A DNA stretch of 57,168 nt from Candidatus Bathyarchaeota archaeon (GCA_037386545.1 JARRLY010000014.1:1-57168); one strand, 5' to 3'. Numbered from the stretch's first letter, positions 18,307 through 28,314 are shown. Program-made: numbers and translations. The notes: generated from the letters alone by a model not told the origin.

Positions 18307-19632
18307 GTGGTTTTCATGATTCATAAGCCCAACAATCCAACCCCAAAACAGGACAACAGTGGTTTTTTGTATCCCCACTACGATCAAGACTGCATCTGCA
18401 ACATTCCAGGAACCATATTGGATTTATTTGAAGTAAACCACAAGTTAACTACGCTTCCTATGGATTTAAACACTGAAGTTGATGGAGTTGACAAAGTTGT
18501 CTTGTTTGTTTTGGATGGTTTTGGATACGATCAGTTTTTGCGATACAATAAAGAACAAAAGTTTTTGTCCAGTCTAGCAAAAAGAAGCGAAGTTTTTCCA
18601 TTAACCAGTATTTTTCCTTCCCAGACAACTAATGCACTAACAACTTTGAATACGGGTTTAACTCCTCAAGAACATGGGCTGTTTGAGTATTATATTTACA
18701 TCAAAGAAGTAGACAGAATCGTCAACACCTTGCGTTTTGAGCCCTTAGGATCTAGAATCAGAAACGAATTATTAGAAAAAGGATACAGCCCAGATATTTT
18801 GTTTAACGGAACCACAATTCAAACCAAACTAAAAGAAGCAGGCATCAAATCTTTCACCCACATTTACGCTTCTTATGCGTACAGTCATTACTCGAAACTT
18901 TTGTTTCAGGACAGCACATTTATTCCGTCTTTGAAGTCTTCAGATTTAATCGTTACACTAAAAAAGAAACTAGAAAAAACACGTGGACCAGCCTACTTTT
19001 TTGTGCACCTAAGCAACTTGGATACTATATCCCATGAATACGGTCCGAAAAGTTATGAATATGGGGCGGAATTGTCAGCAATTTCTTATTTAATGAACAA
19101 AGAGTTAATACAAAAAATTGACCTCCAAACCGCGAAAGAGACCTTAATCCTCTTAACTGCAGACCATGGGGGAGTAAATATTGTTCCAGAAGACACAACG
19201 TACCTGAACGGCTTTTCTGGGGTTATAAATAATCTACAGAAGGGGAAGTCTGAAAATATAATATTACCCACAGGTAGTGCAAGAGATGTGTTTTTGCATG
19301 TTAAACCAGATAAGCTGGCAGGGACACAAGAATTGCTTCTGGAAATAATTGGCAACAAAGCAAAAATTGTTGAAACTAAACAGGCAATAAATGACGGCTT
19401 ATTTGGACATGGAAAAGTTGGAAAACAGTTCGTTGACAGAGCAGGTAACTTGTTGATTTTGCCTTACGACAAAGAAACAGTTTGGTTCGAACATTTCAAA
19501 AACATAAAATACAACCCAATTGGACAACATGGTGGATTGAGTCAAGAAGAAATGATTGTGCCGTTAGCAGTCACTACATTGGACAAACTCAAAAAAAGAC
19601 ATTCAACCAAGAATTCAAACAGAATCAACTAA
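18307..19632 (+). CDS. Alkaline phosphatase superfamily nucleotide pyrophosphatase/phosphodiesterase
   Basis: LDGFG, FPSQT, DTISH, TADHG, GQHGG metal motifs. Confidence 0.9.
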   Translation: MVFMIHKPNNPTPKQDNSGFLYPHYDQDCICNIPGTILDLFEVNHKLTTLPMDLNTEVDGVDKVVLFVLDGFGYDQFLRYNKEQKFLSSLAKRSEVFPLTSIFPSQTTNALTTLNTGLTPQEHGLFEYYIYIKEVDRIVNTLRFEPLGSRIRNELLEKGYSPDILFNGTTIQTKLKEAGIKSFTHIYASYAYSHYSKLLFQDSTFIPSLKSSDLIVTLKKKLEKTRGPAYFFVHLSNLDTISHEYGPKSYEYGAELSAISYLMNKELIQKIDLQTAKETLILLTADHGGVNIVPEDTTYLNGFSGVINNLQKGKSENIILPTGSARDVFLHVKPDKLAGTQELLLEIIGNKAKIVETKQAINDGLFGHGKVGKQFVDRAGNLLILPYDKETVWFEHFKNIKYNPIGQHGGLSQEEMIVPLAVTTLDKLKKRHSTKNSNRIN

Positions 19633-19716
19633 AATCAAAGAGATAAATGAGAACAAACCATAAAAGAACTAGGACCAACAAACGCCCAGAATCACAAACT
19701 CTAAGAAATAAAAAAG

Positions 19717-19733
19717 AAGGAAAACTTTTCCTT
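19717..19733. terminator. Inverted repeat between convergent genes
   Basis: aaggaaaa-c-ttttcctt flanked by A/T runs. Confidence 0.35.
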
Positions 19734-19756
19734 TTGCCACAGTTAAAAAAATTTGT

Positions 19757-20002
19757 TTACTGATTTTTGTATTCTTTAGCGACAATCATTGTGGTTGTCA
19801 AGAAAATATCAGATAGGGAGCGGAGTTTGTCTGTTAAGAATCGGTCCATATCTGCGAGGTCTTTTACTTCGACTTTTGCGATTGCGTCGTATTCTCCGTA
19901 TAATTCGTCAACTTGAACAACTTCTTCGAAGTTAGCAACTTTTTCACATACATCTCGTTCAGCGCCTGACTTCAAAGTAACAAGGATATAACCATAGACC
20001 AT
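19757..20002 (-). CDS. Stand-alone Lrp/AsnC ligand-binding (RAM) domain protein
   Basis: 81 aa, YGEYDAIAKV, TTTMI; no HTH. Confidence 0.88.
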   Translation of the reverse strand: MVYGYILVTLKSGAERDVCEKVANFEEVVQVDELYGEYDAIAKVEVKDLADMDRFLTDKLRSLSDIFLTTTMIVAKEYKNQ

Positions 20003-20102
20003 ACCAATTACCTCTTCACAACTACACCCACACCAAAAACTTAAACATATCGTTCAAAAACCGCAAAAACAACAGCGCATCAGTTCGCGAATTGAAAACA
20101 AT

Positions 20103-20130
20103 AAAAAAGTGGCTTGTGGTCGCCCACAAG
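20103..20130 (-). terminator. Hairpin plus U-tract downstream of glpX
   Basis: Minus strand cttgtgg-GCGA-ccacaag (7-bp stem, GNRA loop) followed by ccac-T6. Confidence 0.55.
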
Positions 20131-20151
20131 TTATTATAATAAGCCTAAAAA

Positions 20152-21162
20152 TTAGGAAAGATGGCCAGTATATCCATTAAAGTCAACTGTCTTGTAGACA
20201 GGGTGATCTTCAAATTTCAAAGTTGTTTCAGAAGTTTCAATGGTACCGCTAGGCAAACGCATACAAAGAGAGCTGACAGTTGCACCATTTGCAGTAAAAC
20301 GTACACCATCCAAAAGTTCACCTTTAGTTATACCTGAAGCAGCAAAAACTAGTTCGTTGCCTTTTGCGAGCTCTTCTTCATTATAGGTTTTCTCAACATC
20401 AACCCCAATTTTTCGTAACCGATCCAGTCTACCAACATCGTCTTTTTTCCCTTTCCAGACCTTAACCAACATTGTTCCACCCAAACATTTTACGGCAGTT
20501 GCAGCAATGGTTGCCTCGGGTCCGGCACCTGCTCCTAAAAGAAGGTCAACACCTGAATCAGGCATACAAGTTACTACTGCTCCTGCAATGTCGCCGTCGG
20601 GAAGTAGAATAATTCGGACTCCAAGTTTTCTTAAAGTCTCCAGAATAGGTTTGTGGCGGTCACGCTCTAGCATGATAACTGTGAAATTTTCAAGAGATAA
20701 TCCCTTAGCTTTTGCTACAGTTTTTACGATTTCTTCAATGGACATGTCCAAAGAGATTTTTCCTTTTGACTGTTTGTCGGTTGCTACTTTGAAGTAGTAT
20801 CCATCGTCAGGCAACACTTGGAAACAACCAGCGGGTGCGCACGCAAGGGCAGAAATCGCGTCTTTTCTGCCTTTAGAGGTTGCAGTTGTTCCATCTACAG
20901 GGTCAAAAACAAATTCCACTTTGGGTCCTTTGCAGGTGCCTACGCGTTCCCTGCTCATAAATGCGGGAGCATTATCTTTGGGTCCTTCACAGGATATTAC
21001 TTCACCGTCAATTTCTGTTTGATTCAAAACTGCTCTTGAAAAGTCGACAGCAGTTGCGTCTACTAAGTTTTTGTCGCCTTTGCCAATGTGGAGCGCAGCG
21101 CCAACGGCTCCGGCAACGGTGATTCGAGTTAAAGAGGGAGCTAAAGCCCTAAGAGATGCCAA
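20152..21162 (-). CDS. glpX: Class II fructose-1,6-bisphosphatase family protein (divergent GlpX)
   Basis: GKGDKNLVD, EG.KD.AP, DPVDGT, RDRH, DGD, G.GAGPE, ASGIT.G.LL.GV. Confidence 0.85.
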   Translation of the reverse strand: MASLRALAPSLTRITVAGAVGAALHIGKGDKNLVDATAVDFSRAVLNQTEIDGEVISCEGPKDNAPAFMSRERVGTCKGPKVEFVFDPVDGTTATSKGRKDAISALACAPAGCFQVLPDDGYYFKVATDKQSKGKISLDMSIEEIVKTVAKAKGLSLENFTVIMLERDRHKPILETLRKLGVRIILLPDGDIAGAVVTCMPDSGVDLLLGAGAGPEATIAATAVKCLGGTMLVKVWKGKKDDVGRLDRLRKIGVDVEKTYNEEELAKGNELVFAASGITKGELLDGVRFTANGATVSSLCMRLPSGTIETSETTLKFEDHPVYKTVDFNGYTGHLS

Positions 21163-21313
21163 ATTTTACACCGCCACCTACTAACGTGGTACCCTCAGTA
21201 AAACAGTTTCGGACAAACCAGACACATTTAATGACCAGTAAATATTAAAAAAATAAACATAATCCATATTTAGTAACAAGCACTTTTTTGTAATTCAGAA
21301 AGGACGAATCAAA

Positions 21314-21679
21314 ATGATTATCGGAATTATATCAGACACTCACGATAACCTGCCAATGATTGAAGCAGCAGTAAACAAACTAAACGAACTAAACGTAGAA
21401 CTAGTATACCACGCAGGAGACTACATCGCACCTTTTGTGGATTCAAAGCTAAGAAACTTGAAAGCCCCCTTGATCGGAGTTTTAGGCAACAACGACGGCA
21501 GCACACATTTCTACGACATCTTAATAACAGGTCACACCCATGAAGCAAAAATCTACAGAAAAGGACAAATGCTAGTTATTAACCCTGGAGAAACCTGTGG
21601 ACTGCTAACTGGGAAATCAACAATAGCAATACTTGACACAGACAAACTTGAAGCAGAAATAATTGAACTTAAAAAGTAA
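21314..21679 (+). pseudogene. MJ0936/YfcE metallophosphoesterase with apparent internal in-frame deletion
   Basis: SDTHDN, HAGD, GNND, GHTH, NPG present; the segment carrying the HG motif between GNND and GHTH is missing (121 aa). Confidence 0.75.
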
Positions 21680-21793
21680 GCAATTATGTTTTAGTTAAAA
21701 ATCACCAAGTAATACAGAGTTCTTCTGGAATATGCTTTAGATATTCAAGAGTAACTGGTCAAACTTTATCCTTATCCATTACTGTTAAAACTT

Positions 21794-22465
21794 TTAGAAA
21801 TACATACTGTTTATCACGTAAAGTAAAACCAAATGCAACGGATAGTAAATGTAAAAAAAGTATTTGCGCCATAAGGGGATTTTGTAGTCTTCTGCGTAAT
21901 CTTTTACTATGGATAAATAACCAGTGTCATGTAAGACAATCAAAGGAAGCGCCGCAAGGGACAAAAATTGACTACTAAAAGGAAACAAAAACAAACAATT
22001 TAACAGAACAATCAAAACAACTCCTAGTTTTGTGTTTTTTCGCAAAAATGCCATACAACCCATAAGCGCTAATCCATAGATGCCATAATCGAAATTTATC
22101 AAAAATGAAATAACCAAAGGAATAAAAGCAAAAATTGACGCTTTTTGGAAATAATACACAAACACAAGACCTAATCCCAAGGTGAAAAAAATGTTAAGTG
22201 ATTCAAAGGGCGCATAATCATGAGCCAAAAAGAAAGGAATTTGAGAAATCGCAGCAAATGCAAACAAACGGATAGCATAGTTACGGATATTTTTGGTGTT
22301 TTCCATTCCTAGTATTATCAGGTAAGCGAATATTGGAAAAGCAAGGCGGCCCACAAAACGCAGAACACGCAGTTCTGGGTATAGTACTGCTCCGATGTGG
22401 TCTATGGTCATAGTGATTATTGCAATCCATTTGAGGAGTTCTCTGCCATAGTCAAAGCCGTACAT
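21794..22465 (-). CDS. TraX-family membrane protein (putative acyltransferase)
   Basis: LKWIAIITMTIDH, GRLAFPIF, NIFFTL, YIYYPLHL. Confidence 0.85.
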   Translation of the reverse strand: MYGFDYGRELLKWIAIITMTIDHIGAVLYPELRVLRFVGRLAFPIFAYLIILGMENTKNIRNYAIRLFAFAAISQIPFFLAHDYAPFESLNIFFTLGLGLVFVYYFQKASIFAFIPLVISFLINFDYGIYGLALMGCMAFLRKNTKLGVVLIVLLNCLFLFPFSSQFLSLAALPLIVLHDTGYLSIVKDYAEDYKIPLWRKYFFYIYYPLHLVLLYVINSMYF

Positions 22466-22490
22466 ACGTATTCCTTCAAGTAAATGTGAA

Positions 22491-24308
22491 CTACATTTTT
22501 TGTGGTGCTTCTATTCCAAGTAGCATTAAACAGTTGCGCAAAACAATTCGAACTGCATCAACCAGTGCCAATCGAGCTGCGGCTAACTGTTTTGATTTGG
22601 CTTTTATTACAGGCAGTTTTGTGTAGAATTTGTTGAATTTGTCAGCTAAACTGTTAACGTAATCAGCTATGGAGTTTGGTCGAAGGTTTTCTGCAGAATC
22701 AACAAAAATTTCAGGAAAACTAGCCAAAGTTAAAATTATGTCTTTTTCCAGAGGGTCAGTTAACAAGCCGTAATCTGCGTTTTCATTTTTGACAGATGCT
22801 TTACGAAGTATACTACATCCCCGAGCGTGGGAATACTGGATGTAAGGGGCACTATTTTTCTCAAAATCCAACACCCGGTCCCAAGTAAAAATCACAGGTT
22901 TAGTAGGATCGACCGCTATCAGGGCGTACTTAACAGCACCTTTTCCCACGAATTCTGAAATTTTTTGTTTTTCGTCTTCAGACAAAAAGGGAGAACGCTT
23001 AGAAACCTCAGAATATGCTCGTTGTGCGGCTCCTTCCATGACTTCGTCAAGGGTTATGTAACGGCCTCTGCGGCTGGACATTCGGTATCCAGGCAGCCTA
23101 ACTAAACTGTAAGCAAAATGAGTAAGCCGCGGTATGTATTCGGGATGACCCAAAGCGCTCAAGGCAAGTTTTAGTTGCAGTTGAGGCAAGGTTTGTTCCA
23201 TCCCAATTACGTTGACTACTTGTTCGGCTTGGGTAAACTTCCATAGATGATAAGCAATATCACGAGTAGTATACAAAGAAGTCCCATCCGCCCGAGCCAA
23301 AGTCAAAGGAGTAATCTCGTGGTCTTCACTGATTCCCAACTTAGGTTTTAGGTCCAAATCTTCAGCGACTTTTTCTGCATCAAACTCTAAAACTCCATTT
23401 TCTTCAAAAACATAAGGAGTTTTTTTCAAGCTAGAGATTGTTTGTTTAACATCGCCTCGCCAGATTAGGTCACTTTCCCAGTCCCAACAGTCCATGGAAA
23501 TTTCAACGCTGGATAGGGTTTCTCGGAATCCAGAAAGGCATAATTCACAGACTTCGCGAAGTAACTGTTTTGCTGTTTTTTCTTCAGCTTCATAATTTTG
23601 TATAAGTTTAGCAATCTGATGCTCGGGGTCAGTATCCTTGTTGATTTCATCCAAAAGTTTTTCAAAAAGTTCGGGAAAACGCTCTTTAATTTCTGAAGAG
23701 ATAGAAACCCACTCATCCAATTGCCGATTCAGTTTAGGAAGGTCTTCTGGACAAGTCGTTTTTGCTGATTCAACAGCCTTTTTGTAGCGTTTAACTTCCA
23801 TTATGCAGCTAGTAACCGTGTATATACCACCAATAAAGCGGTCAGGTTTTTGGTCAGGTTTGGGTTTTCCCAGTTTTGTATACCCGTAAGCAATAACTGC
23901 ACTTTGTCGTCCCACGTCGTCCACATAATAATGACGAGAAACATCGTGTCCTCGTTTTTTCAAGATTCGGGAAATTGCATCTCCTAGCATGGGGTTTCTT
24001 GCTTGTCCGATGTGGATAGGGTGCACGGGGTTAACGCTGGTGTGCTCGAGCAAAATTTTTTGAGGTTCGCTGGTTTTTACATAACCATATTCCAAATCAA
24101 ATTGTTTTACTGAATTTAGAGTTAAGCGAGAAAACAATTCTGAGTTAACCTTAAAATTCACGTATCCTGCTCCAGCAGCAGAAACGGATTCAATTAATTC
24201 AATCTTTGATACGTCAATTTTTTCTACGATTTGTTGAGCTATGAAAGTGCTTTTCAGTATTGTTTCGCATGCGTTGTAGAAGTCGGCAAAGGGGTTAACT
24301 GGACTCAT
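22491..24308 (-). CDS. argS: Arginine--tRNA ligase (N-terminal domain appears shortened)
   Basis: EHTSVNPVHPIHIGQARN HIGH motif, MSSRRG, PYIQYSHAR DALR domain. Confidence 0.96.
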   Translation of the reverse strand: MSPVNPFADFYNACETILKSTFIAQQIVEKIDVSKIELIESVSAAGAGYVNFKVNSELFSRLTLNSVKQFDLEYGYVKTSEPQKILLEHTSVNPVHPIHIGQARNPMLGDAISRILKKRGHDVSRHYYVDDVGRQSAVIAYGYTKLGKPKPDQKPDRFIGGIYTVTSCIMEVKRYKKAVESAKTTCPEDLPKLNRQLDEWVSISSEIKERFPELFEKLLDEINKDTDPEHQIAKLIQNYEAEEKTAKQLLREVCELCLSGFRETLSSVEISMDCWDWESDLIWRGDVKQTISSLKKTPYVFEENGVLEFDAEKVAEDLDLKPKLGISEDHEITPLTLARADGTSLYTTRDIAYHLWKFTQAEQVVNVIGMEQTLPQLQLKLALSALGHPEYIPRLTHFAYSLVRLPGYRMSSRRGRYITLDEVMEGAAQRAYSEVSKRSPFLSEDEKQKISEFVGKGAVKYALIAVDPTKPVIFTWDRVLDFEKNSAPYIQYSHARGCSILRKASVKNENADYGLLTDPLEKDIILTLASFPEIFVDSAENLRPNSIADYVNSLADKFNKFYTKLPVIKAKSKQLAAARLALVDAVRIVLRNCLMLLGIEAPQKM

Positions 24309-24327
24309 TAGTGTTTTCTTCCTAGAG

Positions 24328-24406
24328 TGGCGGGTCCACGGGGATTCGAACCCCGGAACTCCGGCTTCGCAGGCCAGTGTCCTAATCCAGACTAGACCAT
24401 GGACCC
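24328..24406 (-). tRNA. tRNA-Arg(GCG), intronless, CCA encoded
   Basis: GGGTCCA...TGGACCC-G-CCA acceptor stem, CTGGC-CT-GCG-AA-GCCGG anticodon arm, GGTTCGAATCC T-arm. Confidence 0.96.
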
Positions 24407-24791
24407 TTCAGAGAGGGGACAACAATCACACATAATAGGTTTTCTTTTAAAAAACACCAACTGAAAAAGAACTAGACAATAAGACGTTATCAACCTACGC
24501 CATGAACATGGATTAAAATGGAGCATATTAATAGCAATTCAAATTGCTACAATGTTTAAGTCCATCAATACAATCAAGTAAAGAGCGAAGTTTTTGAAAC
24601 TCCACAACTATTGATGTGAAAGTCTAAAACAAAAGATAGTGTATATTAGTGTACAAATAACAGTGCAATGTTGAGATTAACCTTTTTTCTGATTTTCACA
24701 CACTATTAATAAACCGTTGAGTTTTAAAAACAAAATGTTTGCTTTAACAAGGCTTATAGGAGAAATCGACTTAAAGAAGAGAAGAGCCGGC

Positions 24792-25922
24792 ATGTCTTCA
24801 AAACTTATTGTGGTCAAAGTTGGCACAGCAAGCCTAACCAAAAATAACGGTGTTTTAAACAAAAAACTAATGGGCGAACTGGTTGACCAAATAGCAAAAG
24901 CAATAAAGCAAGGCCACAAAATCGTTTTTGTAACCTCGGGAGCAGTAGCAGCAGGGTTATCTGAACTAGAAATTCCGCCTAAACCCAACGACATTGTCTT
25001 TCAACAAGTTTGTGCAGCAACGGGACAAAACATAATCATGGCGACATATCGGGAACTTTTTAAAAAACACAACTTAAAGGTCGCCCAAATTTTGCTCACC
25101 GCAGAAGACCTCTCAAACCGTGCTGCTTACCTACATATTTGTGACGTTTTAGAAATGGCTTTGCAGTTAGGAATTGTTCCCATCATAAATGAAAATGACG
25201 TAACATCCACAGATGAGTTGATCCCGATAACAAAAGGATATGAAGTGAACTTTAGCGACAACGATAACCTCTCAGTTTTGGTAGCAAACGCCCTAGAAGC
25301 AGACACTGTCATCATACTATCCAACGTAGATGGACTTTTCACCCTGCCCCCAAAAAAGAAGGGAGCAAAACTCATCCAAACAGTCAAACAAGTCACCCCA
25401 GAACTCAAGTGTGAAATCGAAGGAAAAAGCAAATTTGGCCGAGGGGGTATGGAAACAAAGCTAAAAGCAGCAGAAGTCGCTACCGAAAGCGGGATTCCTT
25501 TGGTTATTGCTAACAGTCAAAAAGAAAACGTGATAACAGACATAATTGCTGGAAAACAAGTGGGCACCCTCTTTAAGGCCCAACAGAAGTTGCCAAAAAT
25601 AAAACGGTGGATAACATTTGGGGCTTCTGTTAAGGGGCAAATTTTTGTAAACAAAGGAGCCAAAAAAGCCATTCTTGAGGGTGCTAGTCTTCTTCCTGTA
25701 GGAGTAACTAATATTGAAGGAACCTTTAACGAAGGAGATGTTGTGTCCCTGATTGATCATAACGGGGATGAGTTTGCAAAAGCTAATCCTAATTACAACA
25801 GCGGCGAAATCGGGGCAATAAAAGGCTTAAAAACCAAACAAATCAAAAAGGCTCTAGGTTATATCCGACATAAAGAGGTTGTTGCCCGAAAAAACATATG
25901 TTTATTGAAGTGTGAATTATGA
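24792..25922 (+). CDS. proB: Glutamate 5-kinase with PUA domain
   Basis: VVKVGT, TSGAV, INEND, DND, GGMETK; C-terminal PUA (SLLPVG); ATG 24792 preferred. Confidence 0.95.
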   Translation: MSSKLIVVKVGTASLTKNNGVLNKKLMGELVDQIAKAIKQGHKIVFVTSGAVAAGLSELEIPPKPNDIVFQQVCAATGQNIIMATYRELFKKHNLKVAQILLTAEDLSNRAAYLHICDVLEMALQLGIVPIINENDVTSTDELIPITKGYEVNFSDNDNLSVLVANALEADTVIILSNVDGLFTLPPKKKGAKLIQTVKQVTPELKCEIEGKSKFGRGGMETKLKAAEVATESGIPLVIANSQKENVITDIIAGKQVGTLFKAQQKLPKIKRWITFGASVKGQIFVNKGAKKAILEGASLLPVGVTNIEGTFNEGDVVSLIDHNGDEFAKANPNYNSGEIGAIKGLKTKQIKKALGYIRHKEVVARKNICLLKCEL

Positions 25923-27160
25923 TAGAAGAAATCTGTAAAAAAGCAAAAACTGCAGCTAAACAGTTAGCCCAACTTTCAGATGAACAAAAAAACAGGGCAC
26001 TATGTAGCATGGCAGACTCTCTTGATGAGAACTGCACAAAAATTTTAGAAGCAAACCAAACAGACGTACAAGAAGCCCGAGCCAAAGGCGTAAAAGAAGC
26101 CCTCATTGACCGACTTGTCTTAAGCAAAAAACGCGTAGACGCCATGGCAAACGACCTAAGGGGATTAACTAAACTTGTTGATCCTGTGAATGAAATTGTA
26201 AAAACATGGACCAGACCCAACGGATTAATTATTGGACAAATGCGCGTCCCCTTGGGGGTAATCGGAATCATTTACGAATCCAGACCCAATGTAACCTCTG
26301 AAGCGTCGGGACTGTGCATCAAAGCAGGGAACGCCATCATTCTAAGAGGCGGTTCAGACGCTATACGCTCAAACTTGGCCATTGGAAAAGCTCTACGAGA
26401 AGCCCTAAAAAAGGCAGAAGTAAACGAGGACGCCATACAAGTTGTTCCTGTAACAGAAAGAAGCATTGCAGAAAAAATGATGACCATGCGCCAATACATC
26501 GACGTATTAATTCCCCGAGGTGGGGCTGGTCTAATAAAAACGGTAGTTGAAAAATCTACAGTACCTGTAATAGAAACCGGAACCGGAAACTGTCATATCT
26601 ATGTGGAACCCGACGCAGATCTAAAACGCGCAATTGACATAGTGATCAACGCCAAAGTCCAAAGACCTGGAGTATGCAATGCAGCTGAAAAACTGTTGAT
26701 CCATAAGGATGTTGACAAGCAGTTCCTGTTTGATGTTGTTTCGGCTCTTAACATGAACGGGGTTGAAGTTAGGGCTTGTAAAAAAACAATGAAAATTATG
26801 CCTAACCTTAAGCCCGCAACAGAAGAAGACTGGTATACAGAATTCCTTGACCTTATCATCGGACTAAAAATAGTGGAAAATACACAAGAAGCAATAGACC
26901 ACATCAACAAATACGGAACTAACCACTCCGAATCAATTCTGACAGCTAACTTTGACAAGGCACTAAAGTTCATCCGTGAGGTAGACTCTGCAGCAGTATA
27001 CTGGAACTCTTCAACCCGATTCACCGATGGCAACCAATTTGGAATGGGCGCAGAAATCGGAATCAGCACCCAAAAACTCCACGCCCGAGGACCCATGAGC
27101 ATCCACCAACTAACAACTACAAAATTCTTCATACTGGGAAGGGGACACATCAGACCCTAA
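25919..27160 (+). CDS. proA: Gamma-glutamyl phosphate reductase
   Basis: VPLGVIGIIYESRPNV, GVCNA, ISTQKLHARGP; ATGA overlap with proB. Confidence 0.97.
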   Translation: MIEEICKKAKTAAKQLAQLSDEQKNRALCSMADSLDENCTKILEANQTDVQEARAKGVKEALIDRLVLSKKRVDAMANDLRGLTKLVDPVNEIVKTWTRPNGLIIGQMRVPLGVIGIIYESRPNVTSEASGLCIKAGNAIILRGGSDAIRSNLAIGKALREALKKAEVNEDAIQVVPVTERSIAEKMMTMRQYIDVLIPRGGAGLIKTVVEKSTVPVIETGTGNCHIYVEPDADLKRAIDIVINAKVQRPGVCNAAEKLLIHKDVDKQFLFDVVSALNMNGVEVRACKKTMKIMPNLKPATEEDWYTEFLDLIIGLKIVENTQEAIDHINKYGTNHSESILTANFDKALKFIREVDSAAVYWNSSTRFTDGNQFGMGAEIGISTQKLHARGPMSIHQLTTTKFFILGRGHIRP

Positions 27161-27197
27161 CCCGTTTTTAATTTCTCCATTTGCAGAGATGTTAAAA

Positions 27198-27253
27198 TAT
27201 TAATATACTAATAGAGGTACAATGTTAAGAACAACCTTTTTTAAAAAATTTCA
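27198..27253 (-). repeat. Dispersed ~56-bp intergenic repeat, copy A
   Basis: Reverse complement matches 41270-41325 at 43/56 positions without gaps (hand count). Confidence 0.65.
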
Positions 27254-27278
27254 GAAGCACAAAAAATGTTTCAACACA

Positions 27279-27578
27279 TCACTGCTTGTTTAGAGCTTCG
27301 ACGAGTAGTTCTAAAGTTTTTTCAATGTTTTCTTTTTGTTTGCCGCCGATTATTGGGCTGAAATATTTTTTGACGTACATTCCGTAAACAAGGATTTCTC
27401 GGGGGTCGGATTCTGATAGGGCTTCCAGCAACAAATTCAGGATCTGCTTTTTTGTTTCGCTGTTTTTGATGTCTTTTAGGATGTCTTCTCTTTCGGCACT
27501 TTTTTCTTCGTTTTCTTCAGCCTTTTTTGGCTTGTAACCTAATTCTTCAAGCTTTTTCAGAAGGGACATTTTGTTCAC
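27279..27578 (-). CDS. Hypothetical helical protein
   Basis: 99-aa ORF overlapping the end of the upstream ferredoxin gene; no recognised motif. Confidence 0.6.
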   Translation of the reverse strand: MNKMSLLKKLEELGYKPKKAEENEEKSAEREDILKDIKNSETKKQILNLLLEALSESDPREILVYGMYVKKYFSPIIGGKQKENIEKTLELLVEALNKQ

Positions 27579-28074
27579 CTTTCCAACTTTGTGGAATTAA
27601 TTTTTTAACAGTGGCTTCCCGGGTTTTTTCATCAAATTCTTCTTGAGTCATCAAACTCAAGGCACCCTCAGGACACCATTCAATGCATTGGGGTTTGCCT
27701 TCGCAAAGGTCACAGACTTTAACTGTTTTTTTGTCTTGACTTAAAAACATGGCACCATATTTGCAGGCTTCGATGCACCAGCCGCACATGTCACATTTAT
27801 CGTCATCCACAGAAATTACGCCTGTTTCTTCATCTTGAGTTAATGCATCTCGCGGACATGCCCGAACACACGGAGCATCCTCACAAAGCCTGCACACCAC
27901 AGGCAAATTAACTAGTTGATGCAATCGCAAAACCTTGATTCTGGAAAGTTTGGGGTCAAAGCTGTTCTCTTTATGCAATGCACAAACAAGTTCACACACT
28001 CTACAACCGGTGCATTTTTCAAAGTATAAGCCTACAAATTGTGTTTCTTGTGCCGTTTGCTTTGATTTTTCCAT
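27547..28074 (-). CDS. 4Fe-4S dicluster (four-cluster) ferredoxin-like protein
   Basis: CTGCRVCELVC, CRLCEDAPCVRACP, CDMCGWCIEACK, CDLC...CIEWCP. Confidence 0.92.
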   Translation of the reverse strand: MEKSKQTAQETQFVGLYFEKCTGCRVCELVCALHKENSFDPKLSRIKVLRLHQLVNLPVVCRLCEDAPCVRACPRDALTQDEETGVISVDDDKCDMCGWCIEACKYGAMFLSQDKKTVKVCDLCEGKPQCIEWCPEGALSLMTQEEFDEKTREATVKKLIPQSWKGEQNVPSEKA

Positions 28075-28274
28075 TGATGTTAACCTTCCAGACAGCGTTA
28101 AGTGTTGTTAGTTACATGCAGGTTTATGTTTTCTGTAATTATACTTGAATTTGTGTAACTTAAAACTGTTTACAAAAAAATTTGAAATTTAGATTTAGAA
28201 TAATTTAAAAAGAAAACAACATAAAAACTATTGATATTAATTACAAATATAAAATTAAATGCAATAATGTTTAA

Positions 28275-28314
28275 ATATCGCTGGTGATGTCTTTAGCGAC
28301 ATCACTGGTGATAT
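28275..28314 (+). promoter_or_regulatory. 17-bp inverted repeat covering the padR RBS and start (operator or RNA hairpin)
   Basis: atatcgctggtgatgtc-tttagc-gacatcactggtgatat; TTTAAATA box at 28270-28277. Confidence 0.65.

Noticed and set aside
21794-22465. TraX as a sign of a conjugative element
   Set aside because: No relaxase, T4SS or integrase nearby; stand-alone TraX-family genes are common
24328-24406. tRNA as an integration site
   Set aside because: No duplicated tRNA 3' end or integrase seen in the window
28205-28245. Possible fourth copy of the 56-bp repeat
   Set aside because: Only caacata...tattgatat matches, in very AT-rich DNA; too weak
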